Notes: generated by a model not told the origin, from the sequence alone. DNA of 63,185 nt, filler included, from Octopus bimaculoides (GCF_001194135.2; 4 parts of 3 records of this genome joined end to end with filler, not necessarily neighbours in it); one strand, 5' to 3'; shown: positions 1 through 10,985, counted from the whole stretch's first letter. A program made the numbers and translations.

Positions 1-50
<50 letters not shown>
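1..50. repeat. (AT)n microsatellite
   Basis: Near-pure AT dinucleotide run. Confidence 0.98.
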
Positions 51-55
51 CACGC

Positions 56-210
56 ATGATGGCCTTTTTCCATTTCTCTCTACCATATCTACTCAAGAGG
101 CTTTGGTCAGCTCAGGGCTATAGTAGAAAACATTTGCCCAAGGTGCCACACACTGCAACTGAACCCAGAACCATGTAGTTGCAAAGCAAACTTCTTACCA
201 CACTGGTATG
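56..210 (-). mobile_element. tRNA-derived SINE, family with the ttgggcaagtgtcttctactatagcc body
   Basis: Matches other copies in the window (576, 11180, 15610, 19300, 27440). The minus strand reads A box-like gtggt..gtaagaag and B box-like ggttcagtt. CpGs are decayed. Confidence 0.75.
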
Positions 211-575
211 CCTGTGCTGTGTGTATGATATGCTTGTGTGTGTTATAGTACTTGTATCTAGGACATGTTATTTTAACATGACATGGGGTAGCTAAACAGT
301 TCAAAGACCTTAGTCAGTTCGCATGCAACTTATTTTTAACAAAAACCACCATTGAGTTTTAAATTTCTTCTCACATATAAATAAAGTCAGAAAATATCTG
401 CAATAAAATAAATATGTGATATCTGCTTGATTCCAAAGCACAATAGTAATTGTTTCAATAATTTGGCATCGTTCAAACTAAATTTTCTAAACACATTCTT
501 AGTTTTTTCTTTTTTTAAAAAAAGAAGTGCCAAAAGTAAATTACATTGCTGCAGACAAATTACAAACATAAGAAT

Positions 576-742
576 AGGTGTGGTTGCGTTGTTAAGAAGC
601 TTGCTTCCCAACTACATGGTCTGGGGTTCAGTCCCACAGTGCAGCACCTTGAGCATATATCTTTTATTATAGCTCTGGGCTGACCGAAAGCCTAAGAGTG
701 AATTTGGTAGACAAACATTAAAAGAAGCTTGTTGTATATACA
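576..742 (+). mobile_element. tRNA-derived SINE, same family as 56-210
   Basis: ggtgtggttgcgttgttaagaagcttgcttccca...ggttcagtccca...tatagctctgggctgaccgaaagcc...aaagaagc followed by a TA/TG tail. Confidence 0.75.
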
Positions 743-1242
743 TATGTGTGGTGTGTGTTTATGTATGTTTTCACTTGTATATGTATATGTTTGTGTGTAT
801 CCTTTCCTAGATGTCACTTGATGGTTGAAAATGAGCATCAGTGTCATACAAGCGAGGTTATTTGCTTCCAGTTTTTCATGAAAAAATAAGCCTGATGATG
901 GAGAAATATTACCTTGTTCAGAAACAGGTGAAGGTTGGCAACAGGAAGAGCACCCAGCCATAGAAAAATCTGCCTCCACAAATTCTGTCTGACCTATGCA
1001 AGCATAGAAATGGGGACATTATATGATGATGATAAGGATGATAACTACCATAGAAGAGCTTGAAATGATAGCTCTGCATGCTATAAATAACAGCCAATTA
1101 CATCGCCCTCAAATCACAGTATACTCTCTTAAATGGATTCTAGATGTCTTTGTTTATATTGTATTTGAAAGAAGGGGAAGTGCTCATGATCATTGAAAAT
1201 CCTGCTAGATTGGTGAGATACTGCTGTCAATAAAGTTCCATT

Positions 1243-2538
1243 TACAACGGTAAATTATCTACACTTCCACCAAAACTTTCTTTAAATTGCCTGCACCGCC
1301 CTCAGCACTCACATTGTAAAAGGTGATGCTTTTGTGGTTACATAACTGAGGTTTGGATTTGATCGCTCCTGTTTTCTTTCTTTTGTTACAGAATAAACAT
1401 AACCACTTTGCTGGGAGTGTGCATCAAGGCAGAACAAAGATCAGTGGTCTGATTTCTCTTGTTTGAAGTGTGTCAGGGGTTGAAATTCATAGCAGGCTTT
1501 CTGTATAATGCAGAGATAGTATTGTTTTGTGAAGAAGTGTGTATGAGTGGATTGATAAGTTAGAAAAATGGATGGACAAGCATGAAGAATGAAGTGGGAG
1601 CAGGATGCCCATCAACCTCCACCAATGACATGAAAATTCAACAAGTTCAAGAGATGGTTCTGGTGAACAGACAAGTGACCATCGATTTGGTGGCATGTTC
1701 GTTGCAAATTAATCATGATTCTGCATATGAAATCATCCATGACAAACTTTGCTTTTGTTAAGTCTGTGTGAGATAGGTGCCAAGAAAGTTTACCAAAGCA
1801 CATAAGTACAATTGTGTGATCGGTCAATGCTTACTCAACAGCCGCAACAATGAAGGTGAAATTTTTTTGGAGAGAATAGTCACAGGAGATGAGACATGGG
1901 CCCATTGCTTTGAGCCAGTCTCCAAAAGGCAGAGTATGAAGTGGGAACACCCAGAATCACCAGTGAAAAACAAATTCAGGGCTCAACCTTCCACAGAAAA
2001 AGTGATACTAACCATTCTTGATGATGCAAAACAGCCTATACTGGAACATTACCTGGAAAAGGGGTCTACAGTTACCCATATAGGCTACAGTGCAATGCAG
2101 GCCAATAAACTGAAACTAGCAATTTGTACCAAACACTGAGGTCTATTTTCAGTGCAAGTGTTATCGTTGCACAACAATGTGTGCCTAAATATGGCAACCT
2201 ACACCACTGAAGCCATTGAAAAATTGAGTTTCAAATTGCTAGAACACACTGCATACAGTCCAGATCTCGTGCCTTCTGACTATTGCCTCATTGAACTGCT
2301 CAAACATCCTTTACAAGGTCATCAGTTTACTACTTCCAAAGTAATACAGGAAGTGGTGCATGAATGGCTAGGTGACCAGTAAAAAAACTGATGGAATAGG
2401 CAAGCTTGTAAATCCCTGGAAAGAGTGCAGCAAAAAGCAAAGAGACTATGTTGCAAAGTTATGTAATTGTTGAACCCCTGCTTTGTTTTAATAAATTAGA
2501 GAAACAAAAATGTGTATAATTTTTGACTTACCCTCATA
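1243..2538 (+). mobile_element. Decayed full-length mariner transposon (about 1.3 kb)
   Basis: Frameshifted transposase with EQRSVV, VYEWI, GRPSTS-like, IVTGDETWAHCFEP, LHNN(HDN) and AYSPDLVPSDY motifs. Right TIR aattttgacttaccctcata ends at 2538; a partly deleted left TIR sits near 1243. Confidence 0.9.
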
Positions 2539-2544
2539 AAGTTT

Positions 2545-3115
2545 TGCAGATCAACACCTGCAACAAAGTCAGCAAGAAGAAGATTACAGAGTGAGAGATG
2601 TTGTGGGAGGGAAGGACTGAGCAGAATAGCCAGTATAGAGTCAGTGGGTATTTCATGGAGAGACAAATTAGTGACTGAATAGAAGAGGTACAAGACTAGC
2701 CAGCTCAGAGGAACATAGGCTATTATAGTAGCAATAGAAAAGATAGAGTGGAGGCAGCACAGATGTGGGTCAGAGGCTGAAGTGTGTCTGTTAGTGATTA
2801 AATGCCTGTAAGAGCAGTAGTTCTTTTCTGGATGATGTCCAAAATGTCTGTGTGCATAACAGCAGCACTGTTCCAGATGCTGGATCAGTCAATCCATTGT
2901 GGGCCTCACTTGAGCCTTGTAGAGTGTCAACAGTTGTTTGTGGACTGAAATATTTTCTGGCTCTGAAGGTAAGAGATAGTTTTGAGATGCAGTCTTAGCT
3001 ATGTTAAGGACATGTTTTTGCTAGGAGAGGTCCACAGAAGCTGTAAGGCCAAGTATTTGGAGTGATTGTAAGGCTCTAGCTGAGTACTACTCATATTTAG
3101 GGAAATGTGATGATG
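2545..3115 (-). mobile_element. CR1/L2-like LINE reverse-transcriptase C-terminal relic
   Basis: Minus strand gives RPTM...SIWNSAAVMHTDILDIIQKRTTAL...LQPLTH, resembling the RPxLEY-S-VW / LDxIQxR / LxxLxxRR stretch of CR1/L2/jockey RTs. Many stops. Confidence 0.6.
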
Positions 3116-3517
3116 TTCTTTTTTTAATAATAACAGTGCATGAACGTGTTTACTTTTTTTACTCTATTAAGAAATCAGTTCATTCTAACCCTACTGGAGG
3201 ATGCTTTCAAGGTCTTCATTCATGAAATCAGTGCAGGATTGGCATTTTGGTGAGTGATATCTAAGTTGCACATGGTTGGAGAAAGTTGGGAGGAATGAGT
3301 GATAATAAACTGTATCTGAAAAAATAAAGATGGAATGGTCACAACTGGAATGTATTTTGATCATAGGCATACCTGATCAGAGTCAACAAGAGAGTTTATT
3401 TTTATGTGATAGTTTGACTTGCTTCCATTTAGAATTAAGAGACAAATCTCCATCAAACCATAGCCCCCACCTCCTTCCCCCAAAGACAGAACAAATGTGA
3501 TAATGTATTAAATATAC

Positions 3518-3581
3518 TATAGCTAATGCGCGGGATGGTTGTGTTTGAAATTCTTTTGACTACAAGTCCACTTGGTCCAAA
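3518..3581 (-). CDS. Candidate internal exon FGPSGLVVKRISNTTIPRISY, product unknown
   Basis: Strong acceptor ttttgctctcacttcag, an open phase-0 frame, a weak donor a|gtatat, and retained CpGs in a CpG-poor region. No homology recognised. Confidence 0.3.
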
Positions 3582-3664
3582 CTGAAGTGAGAGCAAAACA
3601 ATAAAGACAATAAACATTAAAGTGATGATGATGAAAAAGAGGGTGAAATCTATAATGTAAAGTA

Positions 3665-3915
3665 GATAAAAAAACTGGTACTCTGTTAGTTACAATAAGG
3701 GTTCCAGTTGAATCAATTAACAGAACAGCCTGCTCATGAAATGAATGTGCAAGTGACTGAGCACTCCACAGACATGTGCACCCTTAACGTAGTTGTCATG
3801 GAGATTCAGTGTGAATCAGAATGTGACAAGGCTGGTCCTTACTCAAGGACAAAATGTGTTGCCAGGAATTGAACTCATGACCTTACAATCACAAGCCCAA
3901 CAGCCTATTCACTAA
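3665..3915 (-). mobile_element. tRNA-derived SINE (CORE-like body)
   Basis: Similar to copies at 5369, 23330, 34370 and 55515, including the gtgtgacaaggctggtcc...aaaatgtgttgcc...ggaattgaactc segment. Confidence 0.65.
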
Positions 3916-4343
3916 GCCATACACCTCCACATAAAGTAGATAAGCATTTACTAACAAAGGAGCTTCTGCTGTGCATTGGCTTGAAAGCTACTGATCGTAA
4001 GCCTACTTCATCAGAGCTGACCAAGGGCTAAACAACAGCAACAATCCTCCTATCAACTTTAGATTGGTTAACAAAACCCTCTTGTTGTCTATACTATTAG
4101 AATAGGCATATATATGTCAACAAGAGGTCACAACGAACTATAAGCACAGCCATCTTGGGTCAGAGGATCTTATCTAAACACACACACACACACACAAAGA
4201 ATACTTGTAGATTTTTTTTCTTTCATTCTTTATCATTCTCTATCTTGTTCTTGGAAATGGTTAGTTTAAGTTCCATTTATAACTATGTATATCTTACCAT
4301 TCTTTTAAAGAATAAAATCTTTGTTTCTATGACTAACTCCTAC

Positions 4344-4476
4344 CTCATAGATTCTGATATATTTAACACCAACAGTGGGGTTTCAGAAGTTTTGGAATCA
4401 GCTAATTGGGAATCTGTTTTCAGAGGACAATGGGTTTTCACTCTATTTCTTGTATAAACATTAACATCTACTAAGT
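4344..4476 (-). CDS. Candidate exon LVDVNVYTRNRVKTHCPLKTDSQLADSKTSETPLLVLNISESM, product unknown
   Basis: Acceptor tttgttgttatttcttgcag, a 133-nt open frame and donor gag|gtagga. A stronger alternative donor atg|gtaaga lies at 4298/4297. Confidence 0.3.
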
Positions 4477-4711
4477 CTGCAAGAAATAACAACAAATCTA
4501 CCTCAAATCATACTTTACTGCTGTGAATCTCAACTGTTTGTCAGTCAACATGGCCTTTCACCAAATGGTGTTTTATCAAAGCCTTCCTGCCTTGCATGTT
4601 TCAAAAAACAAAAAAAAACAAAAACAAAAAAGAGAGAGAAAAGATAATTTTAGTTAAACAAAACTTTATTTTACAGTGACTTTTATTATCTTTATTTTCT
4701 TATTCTTCCAA

Positions 4712-4835
4712 AGGTGGTGAGCTGGCAGAATCATTAGGGCCTCAGACAAAATGCCTTGCTGCATTTGTTTTGATTCTTTACATTCTGAGTTTAAATCCCA
4801 CTGAGGTCATCTTTGCCTTCTATTCATCCATGGTT
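4712..4835 (+). mobile_element. tRNA-derived SINE, Nin/Deu-domain-like family (truncated, CpG-decayed)
   Basis: ggtggtgagctggcagaatc...gagtttaaatccc...gaggtcatctttgccttc matches 9233, 10418, 22572 and 62765. Confidence 0.7.
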
Positions 4836-5368
4836 GTTAAAATGATCTACCAGTCAAGTTCTGAAGTCAATGCTGTTGACCAACAACTTCCCCACCAAGA
4901 TTGTTTGCTTCGTGCCTCAGTCAGAAATTACACAATCTCATCCAGTATGAATCTTTTGTTAGACATTTGCATGGATTAGTACTCTCTGTGTTAAATACAT
5001 TATGTTTATGAGATGCTGTTGGGGAGAGCAAACAAACATATGATGTCATGTCTTCCTTGATAGCATGCAACAACAACAACAACAACAATCATGCAGGGGT
5101 GCTAATGGATACTTGGATCTAGGGGTACACTAAGGTCTAAGAGGGACTGAGGTTGGAAAGATTGGACAAAATGTTGTAAGCCAACCTAACACCACTTTTT
5201 TTGAGTTGAAAAATAAGAGAGTGTCATTTTCATCACTCATGGCTGCCAGGGGAACTTTCATTCATTAATTATTTGGCTGTCTTTTTAGTGTACAAACATG
5301 TGGGATACATATATCTATATCTAGATAGAAAAATTGACATATAGATAGATAGACAGATGATAGACTGT

Positions 5369-5660
5369 GAAGGCACATGAATTAGTGGTTAATGTATTTG
5401 GCTCCCAACTATAAGATCAAGACTTTGATTCCTGGCAGCATGGTGTGTTCTTGAGTGACATACTTTATTTCACATTGCTCCAGTCCAATCAGCTGACAAA
5501 AATGAGTCGTAATTCAAAAGGGCGAGCCTTGTCATATTCTGTGTCATGCTGCATCCCCTTGAGAAATATGTGTCTATGGTTTCACAACATTAATTAATTT
5601 CATGAGTAGGCTGTTCCATTGATCGAATCAAGTGGAACACTCATTGTTGTAACCAATGGA
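5369..5660 (+). mobile_element. tRNA-derived SINE (CORE-like body)
   Basis: gaaggcacatgaattagtggtt...ttgattcctgg...gtgttcttgagtgacatacttt...ttgctccagtcc...agctg..aatgagt. Confidence 0.7.
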
Positions 5661-5709
5661 GAGCCAAGCTGTAAAGACAGACAGACAGATATGTATATGA
5701 TCATGATTA

Positions 5710-5860
5710 TCATCATCATTTAATGTTCGTTTTCCATGCAGACATGTGTCAGACAGTTTGACAGGAGCTGAAGAGCTGTCCAGGATCCAGTTGTTAGTTT
5801 TGGTTTGGTTTCTACAGCTAGATGCCCTTCCTAACACCAACCACTCTTCAGAATGTATTG
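5710..5860 (+). mobile_element. RTE-tail-related short retroposon
   Basis: catcatttaatgttcgttttccatgc...gatgcccttcctaacaccaaccact. Sister copies lie at about 9860-10070 (-), 11450-11600 (+), 11780-11890 (-), 14350-14520 (-) and 16388-16700 (+). Confidence 0.65.
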
Positions 5861-6227
5861 GGTGCTATTTATGTAGCACTGGTATGGGTGCTTTTTACAT
5901 GACACTCACACGGGTGCTTTATATGTGGCACCAGCATGGGTGTTTTATATGTGGTACCAGCACAAGTGCTTTATATGAGGCACCAGTACAGATGCTTTTT
6001 ACATGGTACTGGCATGAGTGCTTTATACATAACATCAATACAGGTGCTTTTCTACATAGCATCAGCTTGGGTATTTTTCTATGTGACACTAGCATGGGAG
6101 TTAATTATGTGGCACTGGTAAAGGTGCTTCTTACATGGCACAAGCATGGATGCTTTTTTACATGACCTGAAATGGGTGCCTTTCCATATGACACAGTCAC
6201 GGATACTTTTACGTGACACCAGCACAA
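5861..6227 (+). repeat. Minisatellite, about 14 x 26 bp, consensus ggtgctttttacrtggcaccagcayg
   Basis: Units read directly at 5861, 5887, 5913, 5939, 5965, 5991, 6017, 6043, 6070, 6097, 6123, 6149, 6175 and 6202. Confidence 0.9.
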
Positions 6228-6421
6228 ATGACAGGGGGATGTGCCTGTATGTATAAACAGCCACAAGTGTTTTAATTCATATTTCCGTTTTTTGGAGCAA
6301 TCATGAAAACAAAGCAAAGATAAAACATTGTTTTATTTTAATATACAATGAACTGAATTACTTTTAAAATTTCTGTAAAGGAGAAACTTCTGTGTATGTG
6401 TGTGTGTGTGTGCGTGCACGT

Positions 6422-6462
<41 letters not shown>

Positions 6463-6572
6463 TGCGCGCACACATTCATAACATTCATACATATGTACAT
6501 ACCCACACACATATATAAATGTCTGGACATTCCAGCTTCAAGTCAAGTGTAATTAATTCTAAGAAATAACGC

Positions 6573-6604
<32 letters not shown>

Positions 6605-6984
6605 AATAATTAAAGTCTGTCATGGTGACAATACAAAAAAGAGATCATGAGAATGTGACAACAAACCAGAAATAATTGCGTTGGAAGATGATTCTGTTTC
6701 ATAAAATAAATGTTTTATTGTTTGGAATTATTCTATCCATTTCATTTGGTGGGTGTGCTTTTTTTTTTTTTTTTTTNNNNNNNNNNNNNNNNNNNNNNNN
6801 NNNNNNNNNNNNNNNNNNNNNNNNNNNNNNNNNNNNNNNNNNNNNNNNNNNNNNNNNNNNNNNNNNNNNNNNNNNNNNNNNNNNNNNNNNNNNNNNNNNN
6901 NNNNNNNNNNNNNNNNNNNNNNNNNNNNNNNNNNNNNNNNNNNNNNNNNNNNNNNNNNNNNNNNNNNNNNNNNNNNNNNNNNNN

Positions 6985-7054
<70 letters not shown>

Positions 7055-7144
7055 CATATTACACTCTCCTGACTTAATCTTGTAGCAATACTTCTGTTAA
7101 GATTCAAAACCACCTCACTCAGAATACTAGCTTTGAACTTCAGA

Positions 7145-7342
7145 TACCATATTATCCAGCATACAAATTGAATTTTGCAGACCAAAATTTACAGCCAAAA
7201 ATGGTAGGTTGACTTATACACCAAGTCGACTTTAAAGGATCAAAAATTCCATGTGAAATGCAGCAGGATTTGTAAAATAGTGACAATGTTAGAATGTTTA
7301 TACTATATACTACATCAACTTGTATGTCAGAAAATAAGGTTA
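7145..7342. mobile_element. Tc1/pogo-type MITE relic
   Basis: Degenerate TIRs taccatattatccagcatacaaattga and the reverse complement of tcaacttgtatgtcagaaaataaggtta, TA ends, and an internal ggttgacttatacaccaagtcgac. Confidence 0.5.
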
Positions 7343-8163
7343 GTATATTTCTAAATAAGGTATAAACACCTATGAAAACACGACTTGGCCAATCAGATTA
7401 GCTGATGTGTAAGTACATGAGCTGGAATCCTCCTGCCAAGAAACTTTACTGTGTTATAAAAAGCTGGTGAATTAGAAGTTCACATGGAGCCTTGTTGCTC
7501 TGCTCCATGAGATAGTATCTCACTCTCTTCTACCTTTCATTACAGAACAACTCGAGATACTGCTCAAAGCCATGTCAACCAGATTAAAAAGGTTGTTACA
7601 ATAAAGAACACTGAAACCCATCTGAGATATTTGATTAAAAAAAAAAATTCAATTGTTGTTGTTATTAACAACAACAAAACACCAAGATAGCTCAAAGATT
7701 ATTGTTCTTGGACTGAAGTGACAGTTATCGTTGTCAAAATGGTAGTCAAAACGTTAGCTGGTCATTGTTTATTGTTGTTGCCATCCATCTATTGTCTTTG
7801 TGTTGTCATGGCTCTCTGCTTAGCTGCTGCTTCAGCTGTAGTCCAGTCTGATGTCTCTTGTCTATTGTTTGTTGACTCTTGTTTGTTGCTTTTTGGTAGT
7901 GGCTAAGATGCACTGGATATATAAGGGTGGTTTGGCTCAGAAAGAAATGCACCAAAGATAAAATTGTTGTTGGAGCCAGTTTCACAACAAGTCTTGATTG
8001 GTCAGATCTTTTTGATGACAGGTAATATTCTGATGAATCATGACTGTATTCTTGAGTTGTTTTTTTAAATTGCATATAGTGTTCCAAGTTTGATAGCTTA
8101 ATATTCCAGTTCTATATTTAAGAGATGAGGAATTATGTACATTATTTACATTATTTACAATTA

Positions 8164-8414
8164 TTCTTTACTCTTTTTACTCTTTTACTTGTTTCAGTCA
8201 TTTGACTGCGGCCATACTGGAGGACCACCTTTATAGTTGAGCAAATCGATCCCAGAGCTTATTCTTTGTAAGGCTAGTACTTATTCTATTGGTCTCTTTT
8301 GCCGAACCGCTAAGTTACGGGGACGCAAACACACCAGCATCAGTTGTCAAGCGATGTTGGGGGACAAACAGACACACAAACATATACACACATACATATA
8401 TATATATATATATA
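8164..8414 (+). mobile_element. SINE-like repeat (tttcagtcatttgactgcggccat family) nested in the composite element
   Basis: Matches 15370, 18935, 24425, 51700 (-) and 60040. It ends in a CA/TA microsatellite at the gap. Confidence 0.75.
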
Positions 8415-8623
8415 NNNNNNNNNNNNNNNNNNNNNNNNNNNNNNNNNNNNNNNNNNNNNNNNNNNNNNNNNNNNNNNNNNNNNNNNNNNNNNNNNNNNNN
8501 NNNNNNNNNNNNNNNNNNNNNNNNNNNNNNNNNNNNNNNNNNNNNNNNNNNNNNNNNNNNNNNNNNNNNNNNNNNNNNNNNNNNNNNNNNNNNNNNNNNA
8601 TTTGTCCTCATCTTGTTTGTTGT

Positions 8624-8667
8624 TAATACGTTTCGGCTGATATACCCTCTAGCCTTCATCAGGTGTC
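8624..8667 (-). ncRNA. Minimal type I hammerhead ribozyme motif (this copy damaged in the stem I 3' arm)
   Basis: GACAC-CUGAUGA-A-GGCU(loop)AGCC-GAAAC-GUA on the minus strand. Confidence 0.65.
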
Positions 8668-8725
8668 TTGGGGAAATTTCGAACCTGGGTTCTCATTCCT
8701 AAGGTATTTTTCGGTGTTGTTGTTG

Positions 8726-8802
<77 letters not shown>

Positions 8803-8806
<4 letters not shown>

Positions 8807-8876
8807 TCACTGCCTGGAATCAAACTTGGAATCTTGGGGTTAATAGCCTGTGCTCTTAAGCACTACGCCATATGCC
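8803..8876 (-). mobile_element. tRNA-derived SINE head (74 nt)
   Basis: ggcataTGGCGTAGTGcttaag (A box) ... aGTTTGATTCCagg (B box), followed by (AAT)n. Confidence 0.7.
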
Positions 8877-9232
8877 GAAACATTGTGTTAACAACAAACA
8901 AGATGAGGACAAATATCCATCAATTGTAAATAATGTAAATAATGAAGCTTAATATTCCTTCTGCAAGGCATTCTCATTCTTTCTAATAAAATGTTCTCAA
9001 CGATTATGAACTCTCTTCATGTTACTATTTAACACATTATGCAGCGAAAGCTTGTACTCGTTCATTTGATATCTTTTGAATGTTATTTTATTTATTCAGC
9101 TGTTGTATATATGTAAAGGCAAATGTTCCAGGTTAATGAAAATCTATGAGATTTAATATTAATATCAGTGAGGACATTGTCCTGGGTTGCTTAGCTTAAT
9201 GGTGCAGAGTGCTTAACTGGAGTTTTAAGAGG

Positions 9233-9455
9233 AAGTGGTGAACTGGCAGAATCGTAATCATGCTGGGCAAAATGCTTAGCAGCATTTTGTCTGCCATTAT
9301 GTTATAAGTTCAAATTCTACCAAGGTCAACTTTGCCTTTCATCTCTTGGTGGAGTCGTCAATAAAATAAGTAACAGTTGAGCACTGGGGTTGGTGTAATC
9401 AACTTACCCCCTCCCCTGAAATTGCTGCCCTTCTGCCAAAATTTGAAACCAGTAT
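9233..9455 (+). mobile_element. tRNA-derived SINE, Nin/Deu-domain-like family
   Basis: aagtggtgaactggcagaatcg...gttcaaattc...ttgcctttcatc...aaaataagta. Confidence 0.75.
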
Positions 9456-10417
9456 TAGTGTGGTCATTGAGAACTTAATGTGCAACCCACCAGATATTGG
9501 TAATTATCAATAACTATCTAATAACACTATTACCATTACTATGCACTCCTTGATAGACTGTGCTCAAGAAAGGGATGAGATATATACTTATCTGCCACTC
9601 ACCTCTCACACTCCCACAAACTTACCCACCCACAGCATTTCTCTTTATTCTCCTTCCTGTAATGTAAGGGTATGCCTTGACATATCTTCCCCACCATCCT
9701 CCTCTTCCAAGTGAGGTAACCATGTACATCACCTACAGCAAGATATCTGTTCCTGTTTCCCTATAATACTTTAAAACTCTTATTACCTGGATTTAAGCTG
9801 CCTCCCTTCAGTACTACACCCTTCAGTACTACACCCCTCAGTCGAGGGGTCTTGTCTAGTAGGTTACCTGATGACATCCCAATGCCAGGACCACATAAAA
9901 AGCATCCAATACACTCTGTGAAGTGGTTGGCATTAGGAAGGAACATCCAATTACAGAGACTATGCCAAAACAGACACTGGAGCTTGGCACACTCATCTGG
10001 CTCACCAGCTCCTATTGAACTGTCCAACCCATGCCAGCATGGAAAACACATTAAATGGTGATGATGATGATTCAGACTTGAAACGCTTTCTGTCAAATAT
10101 CTGCTTGGTTGAAGCTGACCTAGGGTTAAATAACAGCTATGTTTTATAATGCAAAGGTGTGGCATGAATTTGTGCTACCCCACCCTTCCTTAAATGAAAC
10201 ACTCCCTCAACTGCAGCAAATATATGTATATAATGCAGCCAGCCTGTGTGATCTACACATCCCACACATCCTTTGCTACACCACAAGTTGCATGGCTGAA
10301 GGCTTATGAAGTTACCTTCACAACCATGAGATCTCAGATGTTCTAGGTCATGACCATCATGTCTTATATTCAGATGTAATGCATACAGGACTACATTATT
10401 TAATGTATAGCAAGGCA

Positions 10418-10625
10418 GTAAACTGCCAGAATTGTTAGCACACTGCGCAAAATGCTTTTTGGCATTTCATCTGTTTTTACTTTCTGAGTTCAAATGCTAC
10501 TAAGATCAACTTCGCCTGTCATCCTATCAGGGTCAATAAAATAAAATATTGGTTGAGTACTGGGATCAATGTAATCAACAGACTCCCTCCCGCAAGATTT
10601 CAGGCCTTTTGCCTATAGTAGAAAA
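10418..10625 (+). mobile_element. tRNA-derived SINE, Nin/Deu-domain-like family
   Basis: Same body as 9233 and 22572. Confidence 0.7.
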
Positions 10626-10688
10626 TATTATATAAGGTAAAGCAAACGTAAAGGGATACTCATTGGTTTCAACAACGAAGATTTGATT

Positions 10689-10985
10689 AAGTAGTTGTAT
10701 ACTGTCAATTCAATGTAACAGTCCCCTGAAGGGAATAATACTACTGTTGGTTAGACGTGGGAAGCTGCACCGCTTCCTGTCAACCTTGACACATTTCCTG
10801 TGTCCTTATGTTTACAAAGGGGAGACAAGCACCTCCACCCAGCTAAGCCTGCATCCAGAGACATGTTTCTGAGTCTTTGCTCGTCATCAGACTGGAGTAC
10901 TATTACAGTCTGGAGTACTAATACAGTCTGGAGTATTATTCCCTTCAGGGGACTGTCACATTAAGTTGACAGCATACAACTACTT
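10689..10985 (-). mobile_element. Penelope-like terminal-repeat relic with a 54-bp inverted repeat and an internal hammerhead
   Basis: Arms 10689-10742 and 10932-10985 match at 50/54. There are about three 18-bp tandem units (agtctggagtactattac) near 10880-10935. Confidence 0.65.
10854..10896 (-). ncRNA. Minimal type I hammerhead ribozyme motif with GUC cleavage triplet
   Basis: UCCAGU-CUGAUGA-CGAG caaaga CUCA-GAAAC-AU-GUC-UCUGGA. Stem I is UCCAG/CUGGA and stem III contains the palindrome ACAUGU. Confidence 0.7.

Larger units (their letters stand above)
8108..8945 (-). mobile_element. Composite Penelope-related retroposon: inverted partial repeat + tRNA head + (AAT)n + hammerhead motif, with 13-bp TSD
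   Basis: AGCTTAATATTCC occurs at 8095-8107 and 8946-8958. 8874-8943 is an inverted copy of the element's 3' part. The same architecture recurs at 55970-56321. Confidence 0.75.

Noticed and set aside
5746-6165. 139-aa ORF and CRISPR-like periodicity over the 26-bp array
   Set aside because: The units are contiguous diverged tandem copies with no unique spacers, the context is eukaryotic, and the ORF is a by-product of the repeat.
6676-7085. Long ORFs spanning N gaps (also at 8.2-8.7, 15.9-16.5, 19.5-20.5, 24.5-25.2, 26.5-27.6, 30.0-31.2, 35.0-36.3, 39.1-40.5, 51.3-51.8 and 54.8-55.6 kb)
   Set aside because: They are open only because N codons and flanking dinucleotide repeats lack stops.
7806-8087. 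93-aa minus-strand ORF in unique sequence
   Set aside because: No ATG start, no splice signals found, no recognisable motif.
8803-8876. Possible tRNA gene (and other A/B-box heads)
   Set aside because: No convincing acceptor or anticodon stems, and the head is followed by SINE bodies or (AAT)n. Treated as SINE heads; tRNAscan-SE would settle it.
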